From: an uncultured delta proteobacterium | GTDB taxonomy: Bacteria; Desulfobacterota; Syntrophorhabdia; Syntrophorhabdales; WCHB1-27 | Direction of reading: 5' to 3' | DNA length: 64,000 nucleotides | Assembly: GCA_963810935.1 (NCBI GenBank) | Contig: CAWEPK010000009.1 | Span: forward strand, 160,001 to 224,000 | In this document: positions 38,840 through 50,709 of the stretch, piece by piece | Position numbering within the stretch: position 1 is the first letter of the stretch | Layout: each line of letters begins with the position of its first letter | Translations under genes and position numbers: made by a program | Notes under the pieces: generated by a model | The model's input: the letters and a program-made list of their open reading frames with translations, nothing else | What the model was told of the DNA's origin: nothing | Databases searched by the model: none

Positions 38840-39223
38840 ATGGCAAAGAAGCTGCTCACCTGGTATCTTGCGTTCGTCATGGCCCTTTTGGCTTTGGCCC
38901 CTCGTGTCGATGCCTTCTTTGCGCCGACCTCCCCTTCGAGCGCCGCGCAGGTCTCCGGCGACGAACGGACGGACAGGGCGAGGATCGAGGAATTCCTGGA
39001 GGGCAGGCTGGTCAGGGGCAGGCTTCAGGCGATAGGCTTTACCAGGGCGGAGATAGATGAAAGGCTGGCGGGCCTCACGGGGAAACAGCTCCACGAGCTG
39101 GCATCGAGGCTCGAAGACGTTAAAACCGGCGGGGCGGCCGAGGGGATCCTTATCGGCCTTCTGATCATCGTGCTGTTCATCGGCGTCGTCCTACCCCTTC
39201 TGGGCATCAGGATATGGAGGTAA
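38840..39223 (+). CDS. PA2779-like exported protein with a Gly-Gly motif and C-terminal TM
   Basis: Signal peptide; DRARIEEFL...RL...G....I.ERL..LT..QL..LA..L....GG then a hydrophobic tail; next to the C39 peptidase. Confidence 0.8.
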   Translation: MAKKLLTWYLAFVMALLALAPRVDAFFAPTSPSSAAQVSGDERTDRARIEEFLEGRLVRGRLQAIGFTRAEIDERLAGLTGKQLHELASRLEDVKTGGAAEGILIGLLIIVLFIGVVLPLLGIRIWR

Positions 39224-39236
39224 TGCAGGGCGGGCC

Positions 39237-40265
39237 TCAAAATGACAGAACGATCATGCCCTTCGGCTCATCGACGAACTCGCCTATCACCCAGAACTGC
39301 GTTCCGTTCAGGGATGCGCATCGACCGAAGGCATCAAGTGAGTCTTTTCCTACCGCTATGAGAAGGCCCCCCGACGTCTGGGGGTCGTAAATGATGTCCG
39401 CAAAAAAGCCGCTCGCTGCACCGCTTATATATTTTTCGTAGAAAGACCTGTTGCGGTAGAGGCCGGCCGGCACGAAGCCCGAAGCGGCCAGGGCGACCGC
39501 GTCTTTGAAGTAAGGCAATTTTTCAGGGAACAGCCTGACGCCTATTGACCCCTTTATCATCTCGGTCAGGTGGCCCACAAGGCCGAATCCCGTCACATCC
39601 GTCGCAGCGTGTGCGCCCGCGACCCTCATCGCTTCCGCGCCGCGGTCGTTGAGCGCGGCCATGACCCCGATAAGCTCGCGCGCCGCCTCCTCCCCTACCA
39701 TATCGCCTTTGATGCCCGTGTTCATGATGCCCGTGCCCAGGGGCTTTGTCAGGACCAGTTGGTCGCCGGGCCTCGCACCCTCGTTTCTCATGATCTTATC
39801 CGGGTGGACGACGCCGGTGACCGATAGGCCGTACTTGATCTCCGGGTCATCGACGCTGTGGCCGCCCATCAGGCTCACATGCGCCTCCCGCAGCTTGTCC
39901 GCACCTCCCCGCAGGATCTCTTTCAGCACATCGAGCTTGAATCTTTCGGGCGAGAAGCAGACGATGTTCATGGCCGTCTTCGGGACCGCCCCCATCGCAT
40001 AGATGTCGGACAGGGAGTTCGCTGCGGCTATACGGCCGAAATCGTAGGGGTCGTCGACGACCGGAGGGAAGAAATCGACCGTCTGGACAAGGGCCAGATC
40101 GTCGCTGATCTTGTAGACGCCTGCGTCCTCGAACCCCTCTATGCCGACCAGCACGTTCTCATCGGCCGGTATCTCGATGCCGCAAAGAATGTCGGACAGG
40201 TCCCCCGGACCTATCTTCGACGCTCAGCCGCCGCCCCTGGCCTGTTTCGCTAACCGCTCCGCCAT
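39237..40265 (-). CDS. selD: Selenide, water dikinase (selenoprotein, Sec at codon 14)
   Basis: ATG 40265: MAERLAKQARGGG-UGA-ASKIGPGDL... in frame with EDAGVY, VQTVDFF, AANSLSDIYAMG, GGHS, TDVTGFGL, DPQTSGGLL; TGA at 40224-40226. Confidence 0.93.
40193..40216 (-). promoter_or_regulatory. Putative bacterial SECIS hairpin
   Basis: Minus strand ATAGGTCC-GGG-GGACCTGT stem-loop beginning about 10 nt after the UGA, with a G-containing apical loop. Confidence 0.6.
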
Positions 40266-40338
40266 TGCAAGCTCTCCTTTCCTGCCAATAATTATAGCAC
40301 CGAACGCTCATCCGGTGTAAAATGGGGAGACGCGAGCC

Positions 40339-41353
40339 ATGTCTGAAACTATAAGCGATATAGGCGAATTCGGTCTCATCCGGAAGATACGCTCGATTAT
40401 CGAGAACGAGGGCGTGAAGGCCGAAAGGCTGACGGAAGGCATCGGCGACGATGCCGCCTCCTTCCTCCCGCACCCCGGATACGAGCTTCTCGTTACGTGC
40501 GATTCCATAGTCGAAGGGCGCCATTACCTGCCCCGCGTTATCGAAGGATACGACCTCGGGCTGCGGGCAATGACTGCAAACATCAGCGATATAGGCGCTA
40601 TGGGCGGTGCGCCCCTTTACGCCCTGGTCTCCCTCGGGCTGAAAGGCGGGACGCCGGTCGCGGAGATAGAGGCCCTTTACCGGGGGTTTTTATCCGGCCT
40701 GAACCCGTTTGGGGCCTGCATTATAGGCGGCAACGTAGCGGAAGCGGCTGTGCCGTTTATCGATATCACACTGATCGGCGAGATTGAGCTGGGCAGGTCG
40801 GTCCGCAGGAGCGGAGCGGGACCGGGAGACGCCGTCCTGCTTACCGGCTGTACCGGGCGGGCCGCAGCCGGACTGCGCCTCCTCCTCGACGCACCCGGCG
40901 ACACGGGGCTGTACGCAAACCCCCTCGTTAGGGCATATATCGCCCCTTCCCACAGGGCGCTTTTCGGGCGCGCGGTGGCTGCGGCGGGATACGCGACGGC
41001 AATGATCGACACGAGCGACGGGCTTGCCGGCGACCTCACCCACATCTGCGAGGAGAGCGGGACAGGGGCAGAGGCTGATCGAAAAAGCGATACCGCTTGA
41101 CGACGGCCTCGCAGAGGCCGCGCGCTCTTTTCGCCTCGACCCTTACGTCATGGCCCTCGGCGCGAGTGACGATTACGAGCTTATCATTACGTGCGCACCC
41201 AGCCGGGCAGCGGAGATCAAGACCCTTGCTGCGGACCGGGACGTGCCGTTAACTGAAATCGGGAAGATCGTGGAAGGTAGTGGGGTGAGCCTCGTGCTGC
41301 CGGACGGCGAAAAGCGCCCTGTCGGCAGGGAAGGCTGGGACCATTTCAGGTAG
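40339..41353 (+). CDS. thiL: Thiamine-monophosphate kinase, with a one-base frameshift near 41074
   Basis: IGEFGLI, GIGDDAA, NISDIGAMGG, IIGGN, MIDTSDGL; C-terminal half (GASDDYELI...GWDHF) lies in a different frame. Confidence 0.9.
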
Positions 41354-41377
41354 ACAGATTTTTTAAGCCGTGCGGCC

Positions 41378-41869
41378 CTATATCTTCCGTATGACCCTTC
41401 TGGCGCGCCGCAAACCTTTGGATGCCTTACGGGGGTTTCCCTTCTTGTCGGCCCTGCCTTCGGCCTCCCCCGAGTCGCCTTTGCCCATAATGGCCGCCTC
41501 CAGCCGGTCGGTAGTTACGAAGGGGACGCCGTGCCTCTTCGCCTCATCGATAATAGCCCGGTCGGACGTCGCAACGACCAGCCCCGGCGGCCGTGTGCGT
41601 ATGGTCTCAATTATAATCTGGTCGGCAGTCTCGCCCCTTTTCGAGTAGATGATCTCGATGCCCCTGTGCCGGTCCCTCTCCCTCGCCAGCGAGGTGCCGC
41701 CTCCCCCGTCGAAGACGACGGTTATACGGACCTGCTTTTCCTGTTTGTATCGGGACAATTCGTCGAGAATATAAAGGCGGCCGCCTTCGAGGTTGGCCGG
41801 GTCGAACCGGACCTGTGCGCCGCTTCTCCTTATGAAATTGTAACCGTCGATCAGGAGGTGCGCTGCCAT
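41378..41869 (-). CDS. NYN (YacP/Rae1-like) domain ribonuclease
   Basis: LLIDGYN, VVFDG, YS..GETAD..I, VATSDR, KKGNP tail. Confidence 0.88.
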   Translation of the reverse strand: MAAHLLIDGYNFIRRSGAQVRFDPANLEGGRLYILDELSRYKQEKQVRITVVFDGGGGTSLARERDRHRGIEIIYSKRGETADQIIIETIRTRPPGLVVATSDRAIIDEAKRHGVPFVTTDRLEAAIMGKGDSGEAEGRADKKGNPRKASKGLRRARRVIRKI

Positions 41870-41902
41870 GGGCGTTCGTCCGGCATCCCGGATGACAATC
41901 TG

Positions 41903-42346
41903 TCAGGCAGCATCGTTTTTATCCCCGCCGGCGCTTTCCACCCTTCCGTAACGCTCTTTGAAAACCTTGTCGAGGACGCCGTTGACGAAGTCCTTCGAAT
42001 CGTCTCCGCCGAACTTCTTGGCAAGCTCGAGGGCCTCGTCAATGGCGACTTTCGGCGGCACCTCGGGCGAGTAGAGCATCTCGAAGATGGCGACCCTCAG
42101 TATGTTTTTGTCTACGTAGGTGATCCTGCCTATCTTCCAGTTCTCGGAAGCGTCCGATATATAAGAATCGAGCGTGGCTTGCTCTTTTTTCACCCCGGAC
42201 AGAAGTAACCTCGTGTATTCGACGATCTCGTCCTGGTATGGAAATATCTTGAGATACCGGTCGAGCGCCGGGCCTACGGCATCGAGGTTAACTTCGACCT
42301 GGTAAAGCATCTTAAGCGCTAATTCCCTGGCTTTCCTTCTCCGCAC
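41903..42346 (-). CDS. nusB: Transcription antitermination factor NusB
   Basis: [39 protein letters not shown]. Confidence 0.96.
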   Translation of the reverse strand: MRRRKARELALKMLYQVEVNLDAVGPALDRYLKIFPYQDEIVEYTRLLLSGVKKEQATLDSYISDASENWKIGRITYVDKNILRVAIFEMLYSPEVPPKVAIDEALELAKKFGGDDSKDFVNGVLDKVFKERYGRVESAGGDKNDAA

Positions 42347-42807
42347 AAATACTTATCCTTTAGCAGGTTTGCCATCTCGATGGCCGACATGGCCGCATCG
42401 TAACCCTTGTTGCCCCCTTTCGTCCCCGACCGCTCGACTGCGTGCTCCACCGTCTCCGTCGTGAGTATCCCGAAGGAGATGGGCTTCTCGATCTCCATAG
42501 ACGCGCAGGCTATGCCCTTAGTCACTTCCGACGCAACGTAGTGGAAGTGGGGCGTCGAGCCCTTTATCACCGCGCCGAGGCAGATCACTGCGTCGACGTC
42601 CTTGCGTTTGGCGAGCATCTTTGCGGCCAGGGGGATCTCAAAGGCCCCCGGCACCCTGACTACCTGTACGAGTTTGTCGTCTGCCCCGTGGCGCTTCAGC
42701 GCGTCGAGCGCGCCTTCGAGCAGCCGATCCGTTACGAAGCTGTTGAACCTGCTGACAACTATTGCGAACCTGAATCCCGAGGCATCAAGCTTTCCTTCAT
42801 GCACCAT
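42319..42807 (-). CDS. ribH: 6,7-dimethyl-8-ribityllumazine synthase
   Basis: [38 protein letters not shown]; start at ATG 42807. Confidence 0.96.
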   Translation of the reverse strand: MVHEGKLDASGFRFAIVVSRFNSFVTDRLLEGALDALKRHGADDKLVQVVRVPGAFEIPLAAKMLAKRKDVDAVICLGAVIKGSTPHFHYVASEVTKGIACASMEIEKPISFGILTTETVEHAVERSGTKGGNKGYDAAMSAIEMANLLKDKYLCGEGKPGN

Positions 42808-42817
42808 GGCGTCTACC

Positions 42818-44023
42818 TCACAAGTTCTCAAGGATATGACCGAGCTTCTCCCGCTTGGTCTTGAGATAATGGATGTTGTCCTTGGTCGGCACGCATTCGA
42901 GTGAGACGCGTTCGACCACCGAAAGCCCATAACCCTCCAGGCCTTTTATCTTCCTGGGGTTGTTCGTAATAAGCTTCATCTTGCGCACGCCCAAATCGGC
43001 CAGGATCTGGGCGCCTATGCCGTAATCCCGCAGGTCCGGCGAGAAGCCTAACGCCTCGTTCGCCTCGACCGTGTCTGCCCCCTCGTCCTGCAGGCGGTAC
43101 GCCTTGATCTTATTGACCAGGCCGATGCCCCTGCCCTCCTGGCGCATGTAAAGGAGCACGCCCCTGCCCTCTTCCTCGATCATGCCCATCGCTGTGTGGA
43201 GCTGTTCCCCGCAGTCGCATCTCTTTGAGCCGAAGACGTCGCCGGTGAGACACTCGGAGTGGACGCGCACCAGCACTGAGTCTTCAGGCCCGAACTCGCC
43301 TTTTACGAACGCAAGGTGCTCCTTGTCGTCCAGCTCGTTGTCATAGGCGATCAGCTTGAAGTCTCCGCCGTAGCTCGTAGGCAGCTTCGTCTCAACGACC
43401 CGCCTTACGAGCGTCTCGTACCGCATCTTGTATTTGATGAGGTCGGCGATCGACGCTATGTTCAGGCCGTGCTCCTCGGCGAAGGCCTCAAGGTCGGGGA
43501 GCCTCGCCATGGAGCCGTCTTCCTTCATCACTTCGCAGATAACGCCCGCAGGCTTAAGGCCCGCCAGGCGGGCAAGGTCCATCGACGCCTCGGTGTGGCC
43601 CACCCTGACGAGTACGCCGCCGTTGCGCGCCATTAGCGGGAATAAGTGCCCGGGCCGCGCAAGGTCTTCCGGCTTCGTATTATCGTCGATGGCGGTAAGC
43701 ACGGTCTTTGCCCTGTCGTAGGCCGAGATGCCCGTCGTCACGCCTTCTTTGGCTTCTATCGAGACGGTAAATGCCGTCTTGTACTGTGCCGTGTTCTCGC
43801 GGACCATAAGCGGCAGGTCCAACTCCTTGACTCTCTGTTCCGAGAGGGAGAGGCATACCAGGCCGCGGGCATACCGCGCCATGAAGTTTATGGCTTCGGG
43901 AGTCACCTTTTCCGCGGCGACCATTACGTCCCCTTCGTTCTCGCGGTCCTCATCGTCCACGATGATGACCAGCTTTCCGTTCCTAACGTCCTCAATCACT
44001 TTTTCTATGTCTGCTATTGCCAT
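42818..44023 (-). CDS. ribBA: Bifunctional DHBP synthase / GTP cyclohydrolase II
   Basis: [41 protein letters not shown]. Confidence 0.97.
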   Translation of the reverse strand: MAIADIEKVIEDVRNGKLVIIVDDEDRENEGDVMVAAEKVTPEAINFMARYARGLVCLSLSEQRVKELDLPLMVRENTAQYKTAFTVSIEAKEGVTTGISAYDRAKTVLTAIDDNTKPEDLARPGHLFPLMARNGGVLVRVGHTEASMDLARLAGLKPAGVICEVMKEDGSMARLPDLEAFAEEHGLNIASIADLIKYKMRYETLVRRVVETKLPTSYGGDFKLIAYDNELDDKEHLAFVKGEFGPEDSVLVRVHSECLTGDVFGSKRCDCGEQLHTAMGMIEEEGRGVLLYMRQEGRGIGLVNKIKAYRLQDEGADTVEANEALGFSPDLRDYGIGAQILADLGVRKMKLITNNPRKIKGLEGYGLSVVERVSLECVPTKDNIHYLKTKREKLGHILENL

Positions 44024-44025
44024 GA

Positions 44026-44673
44026 CTACCTTCCCTTGATATAACCGTATCTGTAAAGAAAATCCAGGTCGAATCCCTGCTTTTCGCTGCCTGTTACGAA
44101 TCTCTCAACGTAGCGCCCCAATACGTCCGTCTCAACATTGACCTGGTCTCCGAGTTTCTTGGATCCTATCGTTGTTTTGGCAGCAGAATATGGGATAACG
44201 TTAAGCGTAAATCTATTATCACGTTGCTCGTTCACTGTCAAGCTTACACCGTCTACCGCAACGGACCCTTTCTTCACTATATACTTCGATATTTCGCCGT
44301 CCGTCTCGATCTCCAGCCTTATCGAATCGCCCTCCTCTCCTGCCGCCGTAATGCGCCCTATGCCGTCTATATGGCCCATGACGATGTGGCCGCCGAACCT
44401 CGAATCTGCGCGCATGGCCCTCTCTAAGTTGACGCGGTCGCCCGGCTTTGCGTTCTTCAGGGTCGTCATATTCAACGTCTCAAGGGACGCGTCCGCATAA
44501 AAGAGACTGCCGTCCAACCGGATGGCGGTGAGACAGACGCCGCTTACAGCGATGCTGTCGCCCTCGGACAAGCCCCCGGCCGGAAAACCCGACCGGATGC
44601 CCAGCTCCCAGCGCCCCCCCAGCTTTGCGATGGCTGCTATGGTCCCCAGGTCCTCAATTATGCCCGTGAACAT
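44026..44673 (-). CDS. ribE: Riboflavin synthase (alpha chain)
   Basis: [42 protein letters not shown]. Confidence 0.96.
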   Translation of the reverse strand: MFTGIIEDLGTIAAIAKLGGRWELGIRSGFPAGGLSEGDSIAVSGVCLTAIRLDGSLFYADASLETLNMTTLKNAKPGDRVNLERAMRADSRFGGHIVMGHIDGIGRITAAGEEGDSIRLEIETDGEISKYIVKKGSVAVDGVSLTVNEQRDNRFTLNVIPYSAAKTTIGSKKLGDQVNVETDVLGRYVERFVTGSEKQGFDLDFLYRYGYIKGR

Positions 44674-45760
44674 AACCCTCCACGCAGATATCGTCCTTCA
44701 GTTTCTTCACCGAGACAACGTCCACTTTGTACGCATCCTTCAAATAGTCGATGCCTTTGCCCCCCACGAGGGTCGCCGCATTTTTACCCCCGATAAGGAG
44801 CGGGCCGTAAAAGAGCACCACCTTGTCGATCAGGCCTTCATTGAGCAGGCCGCTGTTCACCTCGCCCCCGCCTTCGACGAGGACGTTGGTTATGTTCCTC
44901 CTGGCAAGCTCTTTCGCAACGGCCGGCAGCGATAGCTTCCGGTTCTCGCCTGCTTCCACCCTGACGACGTCCACGCCGAGGGAGCGCAGGCGGCTCTCCT
45001 TGTCGGATGATTGGTCCTGGAGAGTGAATACAAGCGTTTTATACTTGTCGGCCGTCTTGACCAGGTCGCATGAGAGCGGTATACGGAGCTTCGAGTCGAG
45101 CACGGTCCTCACCGGGTACCGCTTCGGCCTGGCTATCCTGGGCAGAAGAAGGGGGTTGTCGAAGATCACCGTGTTGATGCCGACCATGATCGCGTCCATT
45201 ACGGACCTGAGCCGGTTGGCGTAGGACCTCGATTCCTCGTTGGAAATCCATTTCGAGTCCCCGACCTTTGTCGCTATCTTGCCGTCCAGGCTTACGGCCG
45301 CCTTCATAACGAAGAAGGGGCGCTTCTTCTCCTGGAACGTAACGAAAGCCTCGTTGAGCTTGCGCGCCTCATCGGAAAGGGTGCCGACCTTGACGTCGAT
45401 CTCCGCCTTCCGCAGCGCCTCTATTCCTTTCCCGTTAACCTCCGGGTTCGGGTCGAACATGGCGACCACAACTTTTTTCACCCCTGCCTTTATTATTGCG
45501 TCGGCGCAGGGCGGCGTCCGCTTATCCGTGTGGCAGCACGGCTCCAGGGTCACGAAAAGGGTGGCGCCCCGTGCCTTGTCTCCGGCCTTCTCAAGGGCTA
45601 TTACCTCTGCGTGCGCCTCGCCGGGCTTGTGGTGGTATCCCTCCCCCACGATCTCCCGCCCTTTTGTCACGATGGCGCCGACCATGGGGTTCGGCGAGGT
45701 AGTGCCCAGCCCCCTTTTGGCCAGCGACAGGGCAAGACGCATGAAATCTTCTTCTTTCAT
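44654..45760 (-). CDS. ribD: Riboflavin biosynthesis deaminase/reductase
   Basis: [35 protein letters not shown]. Confidence 0.96.
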   Translation of the reverse strand: MKEEDFMRLALSLAKRGLGTTSPNPMVGAIVTKGREIVGEGYHHKPGEAHAEVIALEKAGDKARGATLFVTLEPCCHTDKRTPPCADAIIKAGVKKVVVAMFDPNPEVNGKGIEALRKAEIDVKVGTLSDEARKLNEAFVTFQEKKRPFFVMKAAVSLDGKIATKVGDSKWISNEESRSYANRLRSVMDAIMVGINTVIFDNPLLLPRIARPKRYPVRTVLDSKLRIPLSCDLVKTADKYKTLVFTLQDQSSDKESRLRSLGVDVVRVEAGENRKLSLPAVAKELARRNITNVLVEGGGEVNSGLLNEGLIDKVVLFYGPLLIGGKNAATLVGGKGIDYLKDAYKVDVVSVKKLKDDICVEGYVHGHN

Positions 45761-46221
45761 GTTTCCCCTTTTTTCAGGACCAGGCTCTTCAACTCTTCCA
45801 TGAACTCGGTGATATCCTTGAACTGGCGATAGACCGAGGCAAACCGCACGTAGGCCACCTCGTCGAGCTTCTTAAGCTCGTCCATCACGATCATTCCTAT
45901 CTCGGTGCTCGTGACCTCTTTCTCTCCCCGCTCGGTCAGGTCCGACTCTATCCTTTGCGCGGCCTTCTCCAGGTCGCTTATGCTCACCGGCCTCTTCTCG
46001 CACGCCTTCCTTAAGCCTCCCAGGATCTTCGCCCTGTCGAACGTCTCCCTCCGGCCGTCCTTTTTAACAACCATGGGGAGCCCTTCTTCGAGCAGCTCCG
46101 CAGTGTTGAACCTCTTGCCGCAAAGGAGGCATTCCCTCCTTCTGCGTATGGCGTCCATCTCCTTGCTCGTTCTGGAATCGATTACCTTGCTTTCGACGTA
46201 ACCGCAGTAGGGACACTTCAT
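45757..46221 (-). CDS. nrdR: Transcriptional repressor NrdR
   Basis: MKCPYC, KVIDSR, RRRREC..C.KRF, ATP-cone, [10 protein letters not shown]. Confidence 0.97.
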   Translation of the reverse strand: MKCPYCGYVESKVIDSRTSKEMDAIRRRRECLLCGKRFNTAELLEEGLPMVVKKDGRRETFDRAKILGGLRKACEKRPVSISDLEKAAQRIESDLTERGEKEVTSTEIGMIVMDELKKLDEVAYVRFASVYRQFKDITEFMEELKSLVLKKGET

Positions 46222-46302
46222 CGGCCTGCTCCTGTCGAAAAAGACGCGAGCGACGCCCGCTTTGTAAGCGCCTGCCGTATCCTTCCACGGGCGTCCGCCG
46301 TT

Positions 46303-46761
46303 TTACGGTTTGGGCACCCGCTTGATTATTATACCCGATTCCGAGATCAAAGTGGCCGCCAGGTCGTCGGGGTAGCCTTCCAGGTGGAAGATCTCCCGTA
46401 TGCCGGCGTTGATAATCATCTTGACGCAGATGGCGCAGGGAAGGTGCGTCGAGTAAATAACCGCCCCGTTGATGGAGACGCCGTGAGAGGCCGCCTGTAT
46501 AATGGCGTTTTGCTCCGCGTGCAGCCCCCTGCAAAGCTCGTGGCGCTCTCCGGGGGCTACGTTCCTGCTCTCGCGGACGCACCCGATGTCCGCGCAATGG
46601 GCAAGGCCGGTCGGCGCACCGTTGTAGCCGGTCGAAAGGATGCGTTTGTCCTTTACGATGACTGCGCCGACGTTCCTCCGCACGCACGTCGAACGTTTCG
46701 CTACGATGCCCGCTATCTCCATGAAATAGGCGTCCCAGTGGGGGCGGCCGCTTTTGTTCAT
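46303..46761 (-). CDS. dCMP deaminase family protein
   Basis: RP.WD.YFM, RSTC, TGYNG, HAEQNA, PCAIC. Confidence 0.92.
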   Translation of the reverse strand: MNKSGRPHWDAYFMEIAGIVAKRSTCVRRNVGAVIVKDKRILSTGYNGAPTGLAHCADIGCVRESRNVAPGERHELCRGLHAEQNAIIQAASHGVSINGAVIYSTHLPCAICVKMIINAGIREIFHLEGYPDDLAATLISESGIIIKRVPKP

Positions 46762-46768
46762 AACGGTC

Positions 46769-48019
46769 TCATATCGGGAAGATGCGGGAATAGAAAGGGA
46801 ACTTGCGGCAGAGCGCCTTCACTTCTCCCCTCAGCTTGCTCGAAAGCCGCGTGTCCCTGGGCCTGCGGAGGACGGAGTCTATCATATCGGCCATCAGCTC
46901 CATCTCGGGCTCCTTCATGCCCCGCGTGGTGACTGCGGGCGTGCCGATCCTGATGCCGCTGGGCGCGATCGGCCCCTTCTTGTCGAAGGGTATCGCGTTC
47001 CTGTTGAGCATGATGCCGCTTCTCTCAAGGCTCTCCTGTGCCTCCATGCCGTCAATGCCCTTGTCGGTCAAGTCGACGAGGAAGAGGTGGTTGTCCGTCC
47101 CCCCGGATACTATCCTGTACCCGAGGCGCCTCATGCAGGTCGCTAAATGGCGGGAATTCTTGATGATCTGCTCCTGGTACGTCTTGAACTCCGGCTTCAT
47201 CGCGTTCTTGAAGGCCACTGCCTTTGCGGCAATGATATGCATGAGCGGGCCGCCCTGGATGCCGGGGAAGATCATCGAGTCGATAATCTTGGCGTGCTCT
47301 TTATCGCAGAGGATAAGGCCGCCCCGAGGGCCCCTCAATGTCTTGTGCGTCGTCCCCGTGACAAAGTGGGCTACGCCAACCGGCGACGGATGGAGCCCGG
47401 TCGCCACCGCGCCCGCGATGTGGGCGATATCGGCCAGGAGGTAAGCCCCGGCCTCGTCGGCTATCTCCCTGAATTTCTTGAAATCGATTATCCTCGAATA
47501 GGCGCTCGCGCCGCAGACGATCAACCTCGGCCTTTCCGCCAGGGCGATCTTCCTCACCTCGTCGTAATCGATCTGCTCGGTTTCGCGCGAGACATGGTAC
47601 GAGAGGGACTTGAAGAAACGGCCCGCAAAACTCGCCGGAGCGCCGTGCGTAAGGTGGCCGCCGTGCGCCAGGTCCATACCAAGAATCTTGTCCCCCGGAC
47701 CGAGGACGGCGAATAAGACCGCCATGTTGGCCGATGACCCGGCGTGGGGCTGGACATTGGCGTGTTCCGCGCCGAAAAGCTTGCAGGCCCGCTCTATCGC
47801 TGTGCGCTCAATGTCATCGACGAACTTGCAGCCGCCGTAGAAACGCTTGCCCGGATAGCCCTCCGCGTACTTATTGGTGAGGATCGTGCCGTGCGCCTCC
47901 AGGACGTCCTGGTCGACGTAATTCTCCGAGGCGATGAGAATGAGGCTGTATTCCTCTCTCTCTATCTCGCTCTTGATTGAAGCGTAAACAATCCTGTCGC
48001 TGCCCTTAAGGGCACTCAT
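46769..48019 (-). CDS. glyA: Serine hydroxymethyltransferase
   Basis: [44 protein letters not shown]. Confidence 0.97.
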   Translation of the reverse strand: MSALKGSDRIVYASIKSEIEREEYSLILIASENYVDQDVLEAHGTILTNKYAEGYPGKRFYGGCKFVDDIERTAIERACKLFGAEHANVQPHAGSSANMAVLFAVLGPGDKILGMDLAHGGHLTHGAPASFAGRFFKSLSYHVSRETEQIDYDEVRKIALAERPRLIVCGASAYSRIIDFKKFREIADEAGAYLLADIAHIAGAVATGLHPSPVGVAHFVTGTTHKTLRGPRGGLILCDKEHAKIIDSMIFPGIQGGPLMHIIAAKAVAFKNAMKPEFKTYQEQIIKNSRHLATCMRRLGYRIVSGGTDNHLFLVDLTDKGIDGMEAQESLERSGIMLNRNAIPFDKKGPIAPSGIRIGTPAVTTRGMKEPEMELMADMIDSVLRRPRDTRLSSKLRGEVKALCRKFPFYSRIFPI

Positions 48020-48458
48020 TGAGATCATTTTCAAGCTTCCTTATCTTATCGACCCGCCTCTGATGGCGGCCGCCTTCGAAAGGCGTCTCCAGCCATACCT
48101 TGACGATCTCTGCCGCAAGCCCCCGTCCGGTGATCTGCGCGCCGAGCACAAGGATATTGGCATCGACATGGCGCCTGCTCTGCTGTGCTGCAAAGAGGTC
48201 GAAGGCGAGCGCTGCCCGCACCCCAGCCACCTTGTTCGCTGTCACCGACATACCTATGCCTGTGCTGCATATCAGTATGCCGCGCTCCACCTGCCCTCCC
48301 GCGACGAGACGCGCAACCTTTATCGCGTAGTCCGGGTAATCGACCGACTCGGGGCCGTTTGTGCCCACGTCGGTCAGCTCATGCCCGGCGGCCAGCATTT
48401 GTTTCAGGTATTCTTTCAGCTCGAAGCCGCCGTGGTCCGAGCCGAGGGCGATTTTCAT
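48006..48458 (-). CDS. rpiB: Ribose-5-phosphate isomerase B
   Basis: GSDHGG, SVDYPD, CSTGIG, ANKV.GVRAA, FEGGRH.RR. Confidence 0.95.
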   Translation of the reverse strand: MKIALGSDHGGFELKEYLKQMLAAGHELTDVGTNGPESVDYPDYAIKVARLVAGGQVERGILICSTGIGMSVTANKVAGVRAALAFDLFAAQQSRRHVDANILVLGAQITGRGLAAEIVKVWLETPFEGGRHQRRVDKIRKLENDLNECP

Positions 48459-49697
48459 TTATTCGTGCCTCTTGAAAACGAGGACCGCGTTCGTGCCGCC
48501 GAAGCCGAACGAGTTAGAGATGGCGATGTCGATCTTGTGCTTCCGCGCGGTATTCGGAACGTAGTCCAGGTCGCACTCAGGGTCGGGGTTCTCGTAGTTT
48601 ATCGTAGGCGGGCATATCTGGTCCCTTATGGAGAGGACCGAGAATATCGCCTCGACAGCGCCCGCCGCCCCCAACAGGTGGCCGGTCATCGACTTGGTCG
48701 AGCTTACCGGGATCTTGTAGGCCCGCTCGCCGAAGACCTTCTTTATGGCGAGCGTCTCCGACGAATCGTTCAGGTCCGTAGACGTACCGTGGGCGTTGAT
48801 ATAATCGACGGCTTCGGGGCCGAGCCCCGCGTCCCGCAGAGCCATCCTCATGCACCTTATCGAGCCGTCGCCGTCGGGGCATGGGGCCGTTATGTGGTAC
48901 GCGTCGCCGTTGTAGCCGTAGCCCGTTACCTCGGCGTATATGCGCGCCGCGCGCAGCCGGGCATGCTCCAGCTCTTCCATTATAACGATGCCCGCCCCTT
49001 CGCCGATCACGAAGCCGTCCCTTTCCTTGTCGAAAGGACGGGAGGCCTTTTCGGGGGCGTCGTTTCTGACGGAGAGCGCCTTCAGGGCGTTAAAGCCCCC
49101 CACGGTCAGGGGCGTAAGGTTGGCTTCGGTCCCGCCCGCGACCATGACGTCCGCGTCCCCGTACTGAATGATCCTCAGGGCCTCGCCTATACAATGCGCG
49201 CCGGTAGCGCACGCGGTTACGATGCTCAGGTTCGGGCCCTTTATGCCGTAGTGTATTGCGATGTTTCCGGGCGCTTCGTTGGCTATGAGCATAGGAATGA
49301 AAAACGGCGAGATGCGTCCCGGTCCTCTCTCGAGAAGGATGGAATGATATTTCTCCAGCGTGGGAAGGCCGCCGAGCCCGGTGCCTACGATGACGCCCAC
49401 CCTTTCGGCGTCTTCGCGTTTCAGGTCTATCCCCGAGTCCTGGATGGCGACCTTGGTAGCCGCAAGCGCATACTGGATGAAGAGGTCCATGCGCCTCAGC
49501 TCTCTCCCCGGTATGTATTCCTCCGCCTTGAAGTCTTTTACCTCAGCGGCGATCTTTGTGTCGTGGGCCGATCCATCGAACCGCGTAAGGGGACCGGCGC
49601 CGGACTGCCCGGCGACTATCTTCTCCCATACGTTATCGAGCCCGACCCCAAGCGGGGTGGTAAGACCTAGACCCGTTATAACGACCCTTCTTTTCAA
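48459..49697 (-). CDS. fabF: 3-oxoacyl-ACP synthase II
   Basis: [42 protein letters not shown]. Confidence 0.97.
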   Translation of the reverse strand: MKRRVVITGLGLTTPLGVGLDNVWEKIVAGQSGAGPLTRFDGSAHDTKIAAEVKDFKAEEYIPGRELRRMDLFIQYALAATKVAIQDSGIDLKREDAERVGVIVGTGLGGLPTLEKYHSILLERGPGRISPFFIPMLIANEAPGNIAIHYGIKGPNLSIVTACATGAHCIGEALRIIQYGDADVMVAGGTEANLTPLTVGGFNALKALSVRNDAPEKASRPFDKERDGFVIGEGAGIVIMEELEHARLRAARIYAEVTGYGYNGDAYHITAPCPDGDGSIRCMRMALRDAGLGPEAVDYINAHGTSTDLNDSSETLAIKKVFGERAYKIPVSSTKSMTGHLLGAAGAVEAIFSVLSIRDQICPPTINYENPDPECDLDYVPNTARKHKIDIAISNSFGFGGTNAVLVFKRHE

Positions 49698-49712
49698 CCC
49701 TCACCTCATGCT

Positions 49713-49946
49713 TTATTTCAGGTGCCCCTCGATGTACTTGATCGCGTCCCCGACCGTCTCTATCTTTTCTGCGTCCTCGTCGGGAATCTCGATGCCATAT
49801 TCATCTTCGAGGGCCATAACGAGCTCGACTATATCGAGAGAATCCGCCCCAAGATCGTCGATGAACTTCGCCTCCGGCACCACCTCGGACTCGTTTACCT
49901 CCAACTGCTCGACGATCATCTTTTTAACCTTTTCCGCAACTGTCAT
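49713..49946 (-). CDS. acpP: Acyl carrier protein
   Basis: DLGADSLD phosphopantetheine site; 77 aa. Confidence 0.97.
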   Translation of the reverse strand: MTVAEKVKKMIVEQLEVNESEVVPEAKFIDDLGADSLDIVELVMALEDEYGIEIPDEDAEKIETVGDAIKYIEGHLK

Positions 49947-49983
49947 GTAGCCACCTCCTGGTTTTAGCGAGAGACCTTATCCC

Positions 49984-50709
49984 TCAGATATACAAGCCTC
50001 CGTTGACATTTATGACCTCTCCCGTCACGTAGCTGCTATACTCCGACAGGAGAAAATAGACTACCCGTGCCACGTCAATGGGCTCTCCGGGCCGCTTCAG
50101 CGGAATCGACTGGACCATCGACTCCCGGTATTTCTCCGGTAGCCTGGCAGTCATCTCCGTGCCGATAAAGCCGGGCGCGACCGCGTTTACCCTTATGCCC
50201 CGGTCCCCGTATTCCTTGGCGATGGTCTTGGTGAAACCTATGATGCCCGCCTTGCTCGCCGCGTAGTTCGCCTGTCCGGCGTTCCCCGCCACGCCCGCGA
50301 GGGACGAGACGTTCACTATGCTGCCACCCGTTTTCATCATCTGGCGCAGCACCGTCTTCGTGCAATTAAAAACACTCTTGAGGTTGACGCGGAGCACAAG
50401 GTCCCACTCTTCTTCCGACATCCGGAGGAGGAGCTTGTCCCGCGTTATCCCCGCGTTGTTGACGAGGCCGTAGATACCGCCCATTTCTGCGACGACGGCC
50501 GCGACGGCCTTCTCGACCTCCGGCAGGTCGCCGACGTCAGCCTTATGAAAGACGGCCCTGGCGCCTTTTGCCTCAACGGCGGCCGCAGTTTCGGTGCAGT
50601 CCGCCACGTCGATTAAAGCGATATCAGCGCCTTTCTCCGCGAGAAGCTCGGCAATGGCCCGCCCGATGCCCTGGGCCGCGCCTGTCACCATCACAACCTT
50701 TCCCTTCAC
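49984..50709 (-). CDS. fabG: 3-oxoacyl-ACP reductase
   Basis: TGAAQGIG, NNAGITRD, NYAASKAG; GTG start at 50709 overlapping the fabD stop. Confidence 0.95.
   Translation of the reverse strand: MKGKVVMVTGAAQGIGRAIAELLAEKGADIALIDVADCTETAAAVEAKGARAVFHKADVGDLPEVEKAVAAVVAEMGGIYGLVNNAGITRDKLLLRMSEEEWDLVLRVNLKSVFNCTKTVLRQMMKTGGSIVNVSSLAGVAGNAGQANYAASKAGIIGFTKTIAKEYGDRGIRVNAVAPGFIGTEMTARLPEKYRESMVQSIPLKRPGEPIDVARVVYFLLSEYSSYVTGEVINVNGGLYI

Noticed and set aside
41060..41100. Programmed ribosomal frameshift in thiL
   Set aside because: No convincing slippery heptamer at the inferred junction; a single-base insertion is simpler
48063..49670. 535-aa plus-strand ORF
   Set aside because: Antisense shadow of fabF/rpiB
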